Shown piece after piece: positions 37,448 to 46,767 of a stretch of DNA of 64,000 bases. The stretch comes from a bacterium (GTDB lineage: Bacteria > UBP14 > UBA6098 > 4484-93): positions 5,669 through 69,668 of the forward strand of contig JAGGUN010000035.1 in the NCBI GenBank assembly GCA_021158465.1, given 5' to 3'. The notes under the pieces are model-generated. The model saw nothing but the letters and a program-made list of their open reading frames with translations. It was not told the origin of the DNA and did no database searches. Each line of letters starts with the position of its first letter. Positions within the stretch are counted from its first letter, which is position 1. Position numbers and translations under genes: made by a program.

Positions 37448-39328
37448 ATGAGGAGGGTTGTTATATCGATGATTTTTGTTTTTGCTTTTGTGGTCTCTGT
37501 TTTCCCTGCGGAGAGGATGCATCTTGTAGAGCTTTTCACTCGGCTCAGTTGCGGTTGCTGTTTCTCTGCCTCGCAGGAGGCAGCGCGGGCAGGAAGGGCA
37601 TTTCCCGAGAATGTTGCTGTCATTCAGTATCACTACGACTCGGTTATTAGGATTGACCCGTATTATCTTGCTAACCCTTCGGAGGTGGATGAGAGAGCGT
37701 TCCATAGGAGTGCATCTCCACCGTCTGCGTTTCTTGACGGAGGGTCACTACCGCTGGATGAGTCGGAGGCTACGGAAATCATCTCGTCCCGGATCGGGGA
37801 AACTACCCCTGTTGAAATCGAGATAACGGAGTTCTCCGAAGGAACCGCATCCTTCACTGTAAGATGCGAAGAACCGCTGGCAGGTGAGTATAGGCTCTTT
37901 GTTGTCCTCACTGAATCGAATATCATCTATGAGGTTAACTTGTTGTCTTCCGTTTTCAGGAAGTTCCTCACGCCTGTGACGGGCGAACCTATTGTTCTCT
38001 CGGGGGAGCGGGATTTTGTCTATCCGTTCACAGTTGATGACAGCTGGAAAGAGGAGAATCTGAGAATCGTTGTTTTCATCGAGGATGCGGAGACTGGGGA
38101 GGTAATTCAGGCGGCGAAGGAGCCGGTGCATCTTCCTCCATCGTTCTGGCTCTCCACGCCTTTGAGGGCAGCGTTTGTGCATCCGGGCGAAGTGGAGACA
38201 CTATCCGTCTATATTTACAACTATGGTGAGGAGACCGACAATTTCTACTTCTCGCTCGATCCTGGTATACCGGAGGACTGGGAGGTAACCGTTGTTGGGT
38301 ATGATGAGTTCTCGTTTAGTATTCCTATACTGTCGGCGGATACGGGGCTCGTTAGATTTGTGGTAACTATCGGTGGGACGAGGGGGGAGGGAGACATAAC
38401 GGTTCGGGTGTCGCCTGTTAGGGACACGACACAGGTCTACATCTTGCCCTTTGCGCTTCTGAACGATCCGGAGTATCTGGTAGTTGACGATGATACTGGT
38501 GAGAGGTTTGAGTCGCTGTATATCGAACCGATGGAGGAGTTGGAGAATGTATTTGCTGTATGGGATGTGTTCTGGTACGGTGCGCTTCTCTATCCTAACC
38601 TCCGTGATTTTGAGGGGGTTATTTGGTTTTGTGCATATGATACGGCGACATCGCTACGGTCGACGGATATAGTAAGGCTGAACAATTTTCTCTATGAGGG
38701 GAGGAAACTGCTTCTATTTGGTTCGGGGTTGGGGGTCGATGTTGGTGACGATGACCTGTTCGATGAGCTTGCAGGGAGCTTTGTTCGGGAGGATATAGAT
38801 GCGACCGAGATTATCGGGACGGATGAGATACCCGAGTTGTCGGGGATCTCCTTTCCGTTCAACAATACAGCTCTGGGTTTCTGGGATGCAACGGCGCCGG
38901 ACGCGAGGGTCATCCTCAGATACAATGACCCAGAGGAACATCCTGCTGCTATTGAGGTGGAAAATTTCTGGTTTCACTCGATCCTGTTTAACTTTGGGCT
39001 CGAGGATATAACGGATACAACGGCAGCTGAGGTTCTGTTTCGAACGGTTCTGGAGCATATTGGGATAACTGATGTGGAGGATGCACCGTCGTTGCCTGAG
39101 GGTATGAGCATTGATATATTCCCGAACCCGTTCAACGATAGGCTGAGGGTGGAACTCTCGCATCCTGCCGATGTCAATATATACAACATAGCAGGGGAGA
39201 GGATAGCGCAGTTCGACAGGGTAGAGAAGCTTGTCTGGGATGCAGGGGGAAACCCCTCGGGGGTTTATATTATCCAGGCAAGATCGAAAGGGTTTTCGGC
39301 AACTTCTAAGGCTATACTTATCCGCTGA
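37448..39328 (+). CDS. Omp28-related T9SS cargo protein with an N-terminal thioredoxin-like CxxC segment
   Basis: 626 aa. Signal peptide. VELFTRLSCGCC resembles Omp28 EEFTGTWCGYC. C-terminus IFPNPFNDRL...GVYIIQA is a T9SS CTD. Confidence 0.6.
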   Translation: MRRVVISMIFVFAFVVSVFPAERMHLVELFTRLSCGCCFSASQEAARAGRAFPENVAVIQYHYDSVIRIDPYYLANPSEVDERAFHRSASPPSAFLDGGSLPLDESEATEIISSRIGETTPVEIEITEFSEGTASFTVRCEEPLAGEYRLFVVLTESNIIYEVNLLSSVFRKFLTPVTGEPIVLSGERDFVYPFTVDDSWKEENLRIVVFIEDAETGEVIQAAKEPVHLPPSFWLSTPLRAAFVHPGEVETLSVYIYNYGEETDNFYFSLDPGIPEDWEVTVVGYDEFSFSIPILSADTGLVRFVVTIGGTRGEGDITVRVSPVRDTTQVYILPFALLNDPEYLVVDDDTGERFESLYIEPMEELENVFAVWDVFWYGALLYPNLRDFEGVIWFCAYDTATSLRSTDIVRLNNFLYEGRKLLLFGSGLGVDVGDDDLFDELAGSFVREDIDATEIIGTDEIPELSGISFPFNNTALGFWDATAPDARVILRYNDPEEHPAAIEVENFWFHSILFNFGLEDITDTTAAEVLFRTVLEHIGITDVEDAPSLPEGMSIDIFPNPFNDRLRVELSHPADVNIYNIAGERIAQFDRVEKLVWDAGGNPSGVYIIQARSKGFSATSKAILIR

Positions 39329-39393
39329 GACAAAAGAAACCTGTTGACAAGTCTGATTTTTTGCTTTATTTTTTCAAACTTTGAAACGCCTGG

Positions 39394-40686
39394 TTGTTTG
39401 AGGAATTGATGAGGAGTGTAACAGTTATCATCCTTCTTTTTGCTACAGCATCCTTTGCCCAGGATTATTTCGAGGCGGTGGAGGAGATTCCAGAGGTTGA
39501 TGGGACATTGCTCGAGCTTGAGTCTAGTCTTGTCTATTCCCCCGATGATCCGACTATCCTCTATAACCTTGCCCTTCGGTATCAGGAAGCTGGTGACTGG
39601 GAGAAGGCAAGGGGTATGCTTTACCGTTTGGAGGAGCTGAAGCCATCGTCTGCTTTTGTCGAGTATGCTGTTGGGGAGTTTTTCTCTGCAAAGGGGGAAA
39701 CCGATTCTGCTGTCTACCATTACGAGAAGGCGCTTGAGCTACATTATGAATATCCTGTTGTTTGGGAGAAGCTTGTTCTGCTTGAGCCGAAGTATCTTTT
39801 CAACCTTGGGATGCTTTACAAGGAGAAGGCGGATAGTCTCTTAAGGGAGGATGTGGCGGAGAAGGCGATACAGTATCTTGAGGAGTATAAGGAGAAGAAT
39901 CCAGGTGGGATGTATGTGGCTGATGCTGATGCTGCGATAGAGAGCTTAAGGCTTTTGGAGGGTGAGATAAAGGCGTCAGCGAGAAAAAGGGAACGAGAGG
40001 AGCAGAAGCGAGCGCTTTTGGTGGATGAGAGGAAAAGGCGTATTGAGGAGAGGAACCGTTTTTTGAGGGAGCGCCCTACTATTCTGGGTGGAGGACTGCG
40101 TTTCTGGACACCGGGAAATACCGAGCTCGAGTTCAAGGTAAAAGAGGGGGTGGAGGTTCCTGAGCCGATGGTTGTGGAGACAGGGGGCGATACCGTGGTC
40201 TTTACTCCCACGGAGGATCTGTCGGTGAAGAGGGTTATGAAATCTGCATCAGGGGTTGCACTTTCTGGTGGGCGGTTCTTTGGACCGCTCTGGGCTTGCT
40301 CATCTGTCTACTTCGGTGGTGCACACCCGGCATACTCCTATAAGAAAGGGATCGATACCACACTTGTCGGAACACCTTACGACCCGTATGTGCGTGGAAC
40401 AATAAATACCGTCTCCGTTTTCGAATTGACAGGAGAGGCGAGATATAATATCTGTTATTACTCTCCTCTTGTTGTGTATATCGGAACGGGCGGTGGGCTT
40501 GTGTATATCTTACCACATGAGAAGACCCCATATTTCGACTCCGTTCTGTCGGGGGATATGTTCGCTTCGGTTGCACTCCTTTTCGGGTTTCACAACATTG
40601 TAGCCTGCTTGAGCTTTCGTAGGGGGTTTCTGGGAAGCTCGCAGGCAGGAGTTGTTGACCTGCTTGTATACTATAAAATTTTCTGA
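39394..40686 (+). CDS. secreted TPR-repeat protein with a C-terminal β-barrel-like domain (candidate exopolysaccharide outer-membrane export component)
   Basis: 430 aa. Signal peptide. TPR-like N-terminal half and a charged coiled coil. The C-terminal half is rich in alternating hydrophobic/aromatic residues and ends ...YYKIF. Confidence 0.45.
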   Translation: MFEELMRSVTVIILLFATASFAQDYFEAVEEIPEVDGTLLELESSLVYSPDDPTILYNLALRYQEAGDWEKARGMLYRLEELKPSSAFVEYAVGEFFSAKGETDSAVYHYEKALELHYEYPVVWEKLVLLEPKYLFNLGMLYKEKADSLLREDVAEKAIQYLEEYKEKNPGGMYVADADAAIESLRLLEGEIKASARKREREEQKRALLVDERKRRIEERNRFLRERPTILGGGLRFWTPGNTELEFKVKEGVEVPEPMVVETGGDTVVFTPTEDLSVKRVMKSASGVALSGGRFFGPLWACSSVYFGGAHPAYSYKKGIDTTLVGTPYDPYVRGTINTVSVFELTGEARYNICYYSPLVVYIGTGGGLVYILPHEKTPYFDSVLSGDMFASVALLFGFHNIVACLSFRRGFLGSSQAGVVDLLVYYKIF

Positions 40687-40688
40687 GG

Positions 40689-41954
40689 GTGTATAAAGAT
40701 ATGAGAAAGGCTGGAATCCTTTTGCTCTGTGCAACTGAGTTTTTTCTCGGTTCTGTTTCTCTTTTTGCTCAAGGTGTGGTGCCGCTTAGGTTTCAGGGAA
40801 AGGTAAAAGAAGAGAGATCTGCGAAGCTTGGTGTGAGAGTGAGGAGAGCAGAATTTGATAGGTTCGAGACGGAGGAGCTTCCAGAGGCGAGGGTGAGCAC
40901 GGGTGGAGGTGGTGTTCCACAGGAGGGACCAGTTGATCCGAAAGCATATATCCTTGGACCGAATGATGTTCTGAAGCTCAAGGTTTGGGAATCCGAGGAG
41001 TATGAGCATGAGCTGACAGTAACGCCGGAGGGTGAGCTTGTTATTCCGCTTGTTGGCGTGGTTGACCTGCGCTGGAAGAGTCTTGAGGAAGCGAGAGCCA
41101 TCGTCAAAGAGGCGTTGAAAAAGAGATTCAAGAATTTTACCTTCTCGCTGACATTAAAGCAATTGCGTCGGTTCAAGGCACATATCACAGGGCAGGTGGA
41201 ATTCCCTGGCGCATATGATGTTACGGCGGCGGATAGACTCTCTACCCTTATATACATGGCAGGAGGTACCGCTAACTTCCCTGACATCCAAAACATCCTC
41301 ATCATCCGAAGAAGCGGGACGGAGACATTGTCCGTTGACCTTTCGCGGTATTTCAGACTGGGGGATACAAGTCAGAACCCATACCTTCTCGACGGGGATA
41401 TAGTGTATCTGCCGAGGCTCGATTTCAGGGCTAATGTTGTGGTTGTTGTGGGGGACGGTGTAACAGGGATATACACGATAGACGAGAATGAGTCGCTTGA
41501 CGGTTTCCTGAAGAGGGTAGATGCGCTGTTCCATACATCCGATATCTCGCATATCGAGGTAGTGAGAGGGGACAGGGTTGATACGGTCAATTTTATCGAT
41601 AAGGGAGGAGAGTATCTGCTTCTCCCTGGCGATACTGTGTATATTCCGACCATATCCGATTCGGTCTATGTGGTGGGGTTCGTCACATCTCCTGGAGCTG
41701 TTCCGTTCAACTCTGGGGAAAGCATTGAGGGGTATATTGCGCTTGCAGGTGGACCAAGCGAAGACGGAAGCATATCCCGTGTCAAGGTAAAGCGGCTCGG
41801 TAAGAGCTATTCGCTCTCGGAGATTGACAGGATAAGGCGAGGGGATGTTATAATTGTTGGGGAGCGCTTCTCTTCCCAGGTTGTAAGATACCTTACCCCT
41901 GTTGTGCAGATCGCCTCACTCATTCTAACCGGGTTTGCAGCGGGAGTGTTCTAA
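40689..41954 (+). CDS. polysaccharide export protein (Wza/Poly_export with SLBB domains)
   Basis: 421 aa. GPNDVLKLKVWESEEY...GELVIPLVGVV is the Poly_export signature, with repeated SLBB-like segments. Confidence 0.8.
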   Translation: MYKDMRKAGILLLCATEFFLGSVSLFAQGVVPLRFQGKVKEERSAKLGVRVRRAEFDRFETEELPEARVSTGGGGVPQEGPVDPKAYILGPNDVLKLKVWESEEYEHELTVTPEGELVIPLVGVVDLRWKSLEEARAIVKEALKKRFKNFTFSLTLKQLRRFKAHITGQVEFPGAYDVTAADRLSTLIYMAGGTANFPDIQNILIIRRSGTETLSVDLSRYFRLGDTSQNPYLLDGDIVYLPRLDFRANVVVVVGDGVTGIYTIDENESLDGFLKRVDALFHTSDISHIEVVRGDRVDTVNFIDKGGEYLLLPGDTVYIPTISDSVYVVGFVTSPGAVPFNSGESIEGYIALAGGPSEDGSISRVKVKRLGKSYSLSEIDRIRRGDVIIVGERFSSQVVRYLTPVVQIASLILTGFAAGVF

Positions 41955-43157
41955 GTGGATAAATCGAGACTTATATCTTTCCTCGATTACATTGAATATC
42001 TCGTATCGCATGTGAGGATAATTATCCTTAACGGTGTTTTGGTGGCGGCTGTCGCGTTTGCTATAACAACTCTTCTTCCCAAGTGGTATGAGGGTAAGGT
42101 GGAAATAATGCCACCGCGATCTGCTGGCGGTGGGATTATGGGAATAGCGGCAAGCATTGCAGGAAGCTTTTCCCTTGCATCTGAGGGAGAATTCAAACTA
42201 CCGTTTATGTCTACCCCCTCTGACCTTTACTCTGCTATGGTGAAGAGCAGGGCGGTCATAGACCCGATAATCGACAAATATAATTTGCAGAAGTACTACA
42301 AGAAGAAGGACATAGATGAGACGAGGAAGAAGTTTTTGAAGTATCTGACTGCAAGGGTCACGGGTGAGGGGATTGTTGAGGTAAAGTTTCTTGCGAAGCG
42401 TGACCCTGTTTTTTCTGCTGCCGTTGCGAACGATGTGGTTAAGCAGCTTGATAAGGTCAACAGGGAGCTTCTTTTGCAATCTGCGAGGAGCACGCGAGAG
42501 TTTGTTGGAAAGAGGCTTGCGGAGTGTAAAGAGAGGCTTGCAGAGGCAGAGCGTTCTCTTGCGGCGTTTCAGAAGGAGCATAAGGCGATATCCATTGAGG
42601 ACCAGATGCGCATTATGCTTGAGCTCTCCGCTGGTATGCGGGCTGAGCTTATGGAGGCAGAGCTTGAGCGAGATTTTCTGAGGGAACATTACCTTCCAGA
42701 TAACCCGCGTCTTCTGCAGGTAGAGGAGCGGATACAGGCAATTGAGAAGAAGGTAAAGTCGTTTGAGGAGGAAGGGAGCGAGTTTCGGGAAGCGCTGGTT
42801 TCTCTTCCTGACCTGTGGGTGGAGTATTCCAACCTTTTAAGGGAGGTCAAGGTCCAGGAGACGCTATATGAGTTCCTGTTGACCCAATATGAGCAGGCAA
42901 AGATACAGGAACAGAAAGATACGCCAGTCATTCAGGTCCTGTCCTGGGCGACTGTTCCGGAGCATAAGGTGAAGCCGAAGAGGGGTATTATATCCCTTGT
43001 GCTGGCTGTGGTGGCGGTGCTCTTGACGATACTTTATCTTCTGTGGCGAAGGTTTATTGAGAACCAGCGAACTCAGAACCCCCATCTGCATAGCAGGTGG
43101 ATACAGTTCAAGAACAGTTGTATAAGAGTTTTTACATTTAGGATAGGAGAAAGATGA
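41955..43157 (+). CDS. polysaccharide chain-length determinant (Wzz/GumC-like, no kinase domain)
   Basis: 400 aa. GTG start. N-terminal and C-terminal TM helices flank a coiled-coil periplasmic region. Confidence 0.7.
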   Translation: MDKSRLISFLDYIEYLVSHVRIIILNGVLVAAVAFAITTLLPKWYEGKVEIMPPRSAGGGIMGIAASIAGSFSLASEGEFKLPFMSTPSDLYSAMVKSRAVIDPIIDKYNLQKYYKKKDIDETRKKFLKYLTARVTGEGIVEVKFLAKRDPVFSAAVANDVVKQLDKVNRELLLQSARSTREFVGKRLAECKERLAEAERSLAAFQKEHKAISIEDQMRIMLELSAGMRAELMEAELERDFLREHYLPDNPRLLQVEERIQAIEKKVKSFEEEGSEFREALVSLPDLWVEYSNLLREVKVQETLYEFLLTQYEQAKIQEQKDTPVIQVLSWATVPEHKVKPKRGIISLVLAVVAVLLTILYLLWRRFIENQRTQNPHLHSRWIQFKNSCIRVFTFRIGER

Positions 43158-44167
43158 ACGAGAGGACTAAACTTGTCCAGATAGGAGTGGGAGCATGGGG
43201 GAGGAACCTGCTCAGGAACTTTTCCTTACTGCCGGATGTAGAGGTTGTTGGGTTGTGTGATAAGAGTGAAGAGACACGGGAGGGGCTTAAGAAGCAGTTT
43301 CCTGCTCTGCCTGTGACTGCCGACTACCGCAAGCTGCTTGACAATCTGGAGGTAGATGCTGTTGTTATTGCTACACCGCCTGCGCATCATTACAAGATAG
43401 CGAAGGAAGCGCTTTCCCTTGGGAAGGATGTTTTCGTTGAGAAGCCGATGACCCTTGCTATCTCTGAGGCGGAGGAGCTTGTCCGGCTGGCAGAGGGAAG
43501 TAGGCGGATACTTATGGTTGGACATATTATGGAGTATCACCCAGCTGTGGTCAGGATGCGGGAGTATATAGAAGGCGGTGAGCTTGGTGATATCTATTAT
43601 GTTTATTCCACGAGGGTGAACCTTGGGAAGGTTAGGGATGTGGAGAATGCGCTTTGGAGTTTTGCCCCGCATGATATTTCGATGATAATCTACCTTCTGA
43701 GGGAGAAGCCTGCGGCTGTTTCTGCTACAGGGGCTGCATATCTCAGAAAGGGTATAGAAGATGTGTCGTTTATCACCTTGTTCTTCGATTCTGGAACGAT
43801 AGCGCACATACATACGAGCTGGCTTGACCCACACAAGGTCAGACGCTTGACCATTGTCGGAAGCAAGAAGATGGCTGTATTGGATGATGTTGAGCCACAG
43901 GAGAAGATACGGATATATGACAAGGGGGTAAATCTTCAGCAGGCGTATGACACATATGGCGAGTATCTATCACTCAGGACAGGTGATATTCTCATCCCTG
44001 CTGTGAAGGTACAGGAGCCACTGAAGATAGAGTGTCAGGAGTTTATTAAGGCGGTAAGGAGTCGAATTCCACCTATCACGGATGGCAAGGATGGGCTTGC
44101 TGTTCTGAGGGTGCTTCGGGCTGCCGATAAGTCGATGAAGGAGAACGGTACACCACACAAATGTTAA
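43154..44167 (+). CDS. Gfo/Idh/MocA family NAD-dependent sugar oxidoreductase (WbpB-like)
   Basis: 337 aa. GVGAWGRN Rossmann motif, EKP motif, and a C-terminal Gfo/Idh/MocA domain. Confidence 0.8.
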   Translation: MNERTKLVQIGVGAWGRNLLRNFSLLPDVEVVGLCDKSEETREGLKKQFPALPVTADYRKLLDNLEVDAVVIATPPAHHYKIAKEALSLGKDVFVEKPMTLAISEAEELVRLAEGSRRILMVGHIMEYHPAVVRMREYIEGGELGDIYYVYSTRVNLGKVRDVENALWSFAPHDISMIIYLLREKPAAVSATGAAYLRKGIEDVSFITLFFDSGTIAHIHTSWLDPHKVRRLTIVGSKKMAVLDDVEPQEKIRIYDKGVNLQQAYDTYGEYLSLRTGDILIPAVKVQEPLKIECQEFIKAVRSRIPPITDGKDGLAVLRVLRAADKSMKENGTPHKC

Positions 44168-44180
44168 CAAAGGAGCAACG

Positions 44181-44942
44181 ATGGACAGATTTATCTCTTC
44201 AAGAGCAAAGGTAGGGAAGGGAACGACACTCGGGTATTTTGTTGTGATAGAGGATGATGTGGAGATAGGTGAAAATTGCGTTATCGGGCATAATGTAGTT
44301 ATCCATCGTGGTAGCAGATTGGGTGATAACTGCCTTGTTGGAGATGGCAGTATAATCGGCAAGCTACCTATGAAGGCTGCCAGAAGTGCCACGACAAAGG
44401 AGCAGATGCTCCCTCCTGCTGTTCTTGGTAACGGCTGTATGGTTGGTGCAAACTGCGTCGTCTATGCGGGTAGTGTGATCGGGGAGAGGGTGCTCATCGC
44501 CGACCTGGCGACGGTCAGGGAGAACGTCACGATCGGCGACTATACTATCGTTGGCAGAGGTGTTGCTATTGAGAACGAGTGCAGAATAGGGAAAAAGACG
44601 AAGCTTGAGACCAATGTTTATATTACCGCATACTCCGATGTAGGAGATTATGTCTTTGTTGCGCCGGGGGTGAATACGAGCAATGACAACTTCATCGGCA
44701 GGACGGAGGAGCGGTTCAAGCATTTCAAGGGCGTAACGATAAAGAAAGCCGCTCGTGTCGGTGTTCAGGCAACGGTTCTTCCAGGGAAAACAATAGGAGA
44801 GGACGCGCTTGTTGCCGCTGGTGCGCTCGTTACGAAGGACATCCCGCCAAGGAAGATATATGCAGGCGTTCCGGCAAAATATTTCAGGGACGTTCCCGAG
44901 GAACAACTGCTCGAGAACCAGACATTTTACGATGGCGATTAG
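44181..44942 (+). CDS. hexapeptide-repeat sugar N-acetyltransferase (left-handed β-helix, WbpD-like)
   Basis: 253 aa. Repeated [LIV]G-x-x-x-x-I-G hexapeptides throughout. Confidence 0.75.
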   Translation: MDRFISSRAKVGKGTTLGYFVVIEDDVEIGENCVIGHNVVIHRGSRLGDNCLVGDGSIIGKLPMKAARSATTKEQMLPPAVLGNGCMVGANCVVYAGSVIGERVLIADLATVRENVTIGDYTIVGRGVAIENECRIGKKTKLETNVYITAYSDVGDYVFVAPGVNTSNDNFIGRTEERFKHFKGVTIKKAARVGVQATVLPGKTIGEDALVAAGALVTKDIPPRKIYAGVPAKYFRDVPEEQLLENQTFYDGD

Positions 44943-45367
44943 TCCACGGTTATGAGCGGTTTGAGGATCTTATAGGTTTTCTCACCTATTCCCTTCACAT
45001 TTGTTATATCCTCTTTGCGTCGGAAGCCTCCGTGGGCTTTTCTGTATTCGATTATCCTTCCCGCCAGCACTTCCCCGATGCGTGGAAGAAGGGTGAGTTC
45101 ATCCTTGCTTGCTGTATTTATGTTTATTGGGAACTTGCTGTCTTGAGTTGTGTCGGATGACCCTTTGTGGACCGATGTTGTGTCTGGCAGGAGTCCTTCG
45201 AACCCTCCGGGGTTTCTTGCGTTGAGGTATAGAAAGATGTTCCCAACGACGATGGCTGCTGCGATGAAGACGACTACCCTTTTGTCCGTTTTAGTAAGGA
45301 GGTCATCAACTCTTATCCTTTCCTCCTTTCCACTTGACCTTGAGTTCTTTGTTTGCCTTGAGTTCAT
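44939..45367 (-). CDS. comEA: ComEA-like helix-hairpin-helix DNA-binding protein
   Basis: 142 aa. TM helix followed by INTASKDELTLLPRIGEVLAGRII...VKGIGEKT HhH motifs. Overlaps the 3' end of gcvPB by 62 nt. Confidence 0.8.
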   Translation of the reverse strand: MNSRQTKNSRSSGKEERIRVDDLLTKTDKRVVVFIAAAIVVGNIFLYLNARNPGGFEGLLPDTTSVHKGSSDTTQDSKFPININTASKDELTLLPRIGEVLAGRIIEYRKAHGGFRRKEDITNVKGIGEKTYKILKPLITVD

Positions 45368-46766
45368 CGAGTCGTCTGACGGGGGTGTGCATCGGAGATT
45401 TTCTGAGAAGCTCAGGTTTTTCTTTTGCCTCTTCGAGGATAGTGTTCATTGCACTGGCGAAATCCTCGAGGGTCTCCTTGCTTTCTGTTTCTGTTGGCTC
45501 TATCATCAAAGCCTCGTGGACAATGAGCGGGAAGTATATTGTTGGAGCGTGGAACCCCATGTCTAAGAGCCTTTTTGCTACATCGAGTGTCTTCACACCG
45601 TATTTTTTGAGGAACTCTCCAGAGAGGACGAATTCGTGCATCGGTGTCGATGGGTATGGGAGTTCCCACTTATCCTTCAATAGATGCAAAAGATAGTTCG
45701 AGTTCAATACAGCCATCTCGCTTGTATGTTTCACCCCATCGCTACCGAGCGATTTTATATAGGCGTACGCCTTGACCATGACGAGGAAGTTCCCCCAGAA
45801 GCATAGTATCTTCCCGATTGAGTGAGGGTTGTTCCAGTTGAGGGAGTATCTTCCGTCTTCTGTGCGGGTGACAATGGGGACAGGCAGGAAATCAGCAAGG
45901 TTAGATTTCACTGCTATTGGTCCACCGCCGGGACCGCCTCCACCGTGTGGGGTTGAGAAGGTCTTGTGAAGGTTGTAGTGCAATATGTCGACCCCCAGCT
46001 CACCTGGCCGGACTATTCCCATAATGGCGTTCAGATTCGCGCCGTCCATATACAGGATTCCACCAGCTGAGTGAATAAGTTCTGCGACCTTTGTTATCTC
46101 GCGCTCGAATATTCCCAGTGTATTAGGGTTTGTAACCATCATACCTGCAACCTCATCGGAGAGAGCAGATTCAAGCGCCTGAATGTCGATATTCCCATCT
46201 TCGTTTGATTTTATCTCAACCGGTTCAAACCCAGCCATAGCAATTGACGCAGGGTTTGTTCCATGTGAGGAATCGGGGATTATCACATATTTGCGCTGTT
46301 GGTGCTTTGCCTTAAAGTATGCTCGCATTATGAGAGTTCCTGTCAACTCGCCGTGTGCGCCTGCTGCTGGCTGTAGTGTGATGGCGTCCATTCCGCCTAT
46401 ATCTTTTAGCATCTCGCCTAACTCGTACATAAGCATAAGAGCGCCCTGGACGAACTCTTCTGGCAGAAGAGGATGGATAGATGTGAACCCTGGGAGGCGG
46501 GAGATGGTCTCGTTCACGACAGGGTTGTATTTCATCGTGCAGGAACCGAGCGGATAGAACCCCTTGAGGATATGGTGGTTCAGCGAGGATAGCCTGACGA
46601 AGTGTCGCAGTGTGTCTATTTCCGAAAGGCTCGGAAGGTCGAGCTCGCCTCTCAGAAGGGTTGGGTCGAGCATCTCGTCGATCGGACGCTCTGGAACATC
46701 AAGCTCGGGCAGATCTGCCCCTGTTCTACCTTCACAGGAAAGCTCGAATATAAGCTTTTCGCTCAT
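45306..46766 (-). CDS. gcvPB: glycine dehydrogenase (decarboxylating) subunit 2
   Basis: 486 aa. PLP-dependent. Typical N-terminus MSEKLIFELS. Confidence 0.95.
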   Translation of the reverse strand: MSEKLIFELSCEGRTGADLPELDVPERPIDEMLDPTLLRGELDLPSLSEIDTLRHFVRLSSLNHHILKGFYPLGSCTMKYNPVVNETISRLPGFTSIHPLLPEEFVQGALMLMYELGEMLKDIGGMDAITLQPAAGAHGELTGTLIMRAYFKAKHQQRKYVIIPDSSHGTNPASIAMAGFEPVEIKSNEDGNIDIQALESALSDEVAGMMVTNPNTLGIFEREITKVAELIHSAGGILYMDGANLNAIMGIVRPGELGVDILHYNLHKTFSTPHGGGGPGGGPIAVKSNLADFLPVPIVTRTEDGRYSLNWNNPHSIGKILCFWGNFLVMVKAYAYIKSLGSDGVKHTSEMAVLNSNYLLHLLKDKWELPYPSTPMHEFVLSGEFLKKYGVKTLDVAKRLLDMGFHAPTIYFPLIVHEALMIEPTETESKETLEDFASAMNTILEEAKEKPELLRKSPMHTPVRRLDELKANKELKVKWKGGKDKS

Positions 46767-46767
46767 A

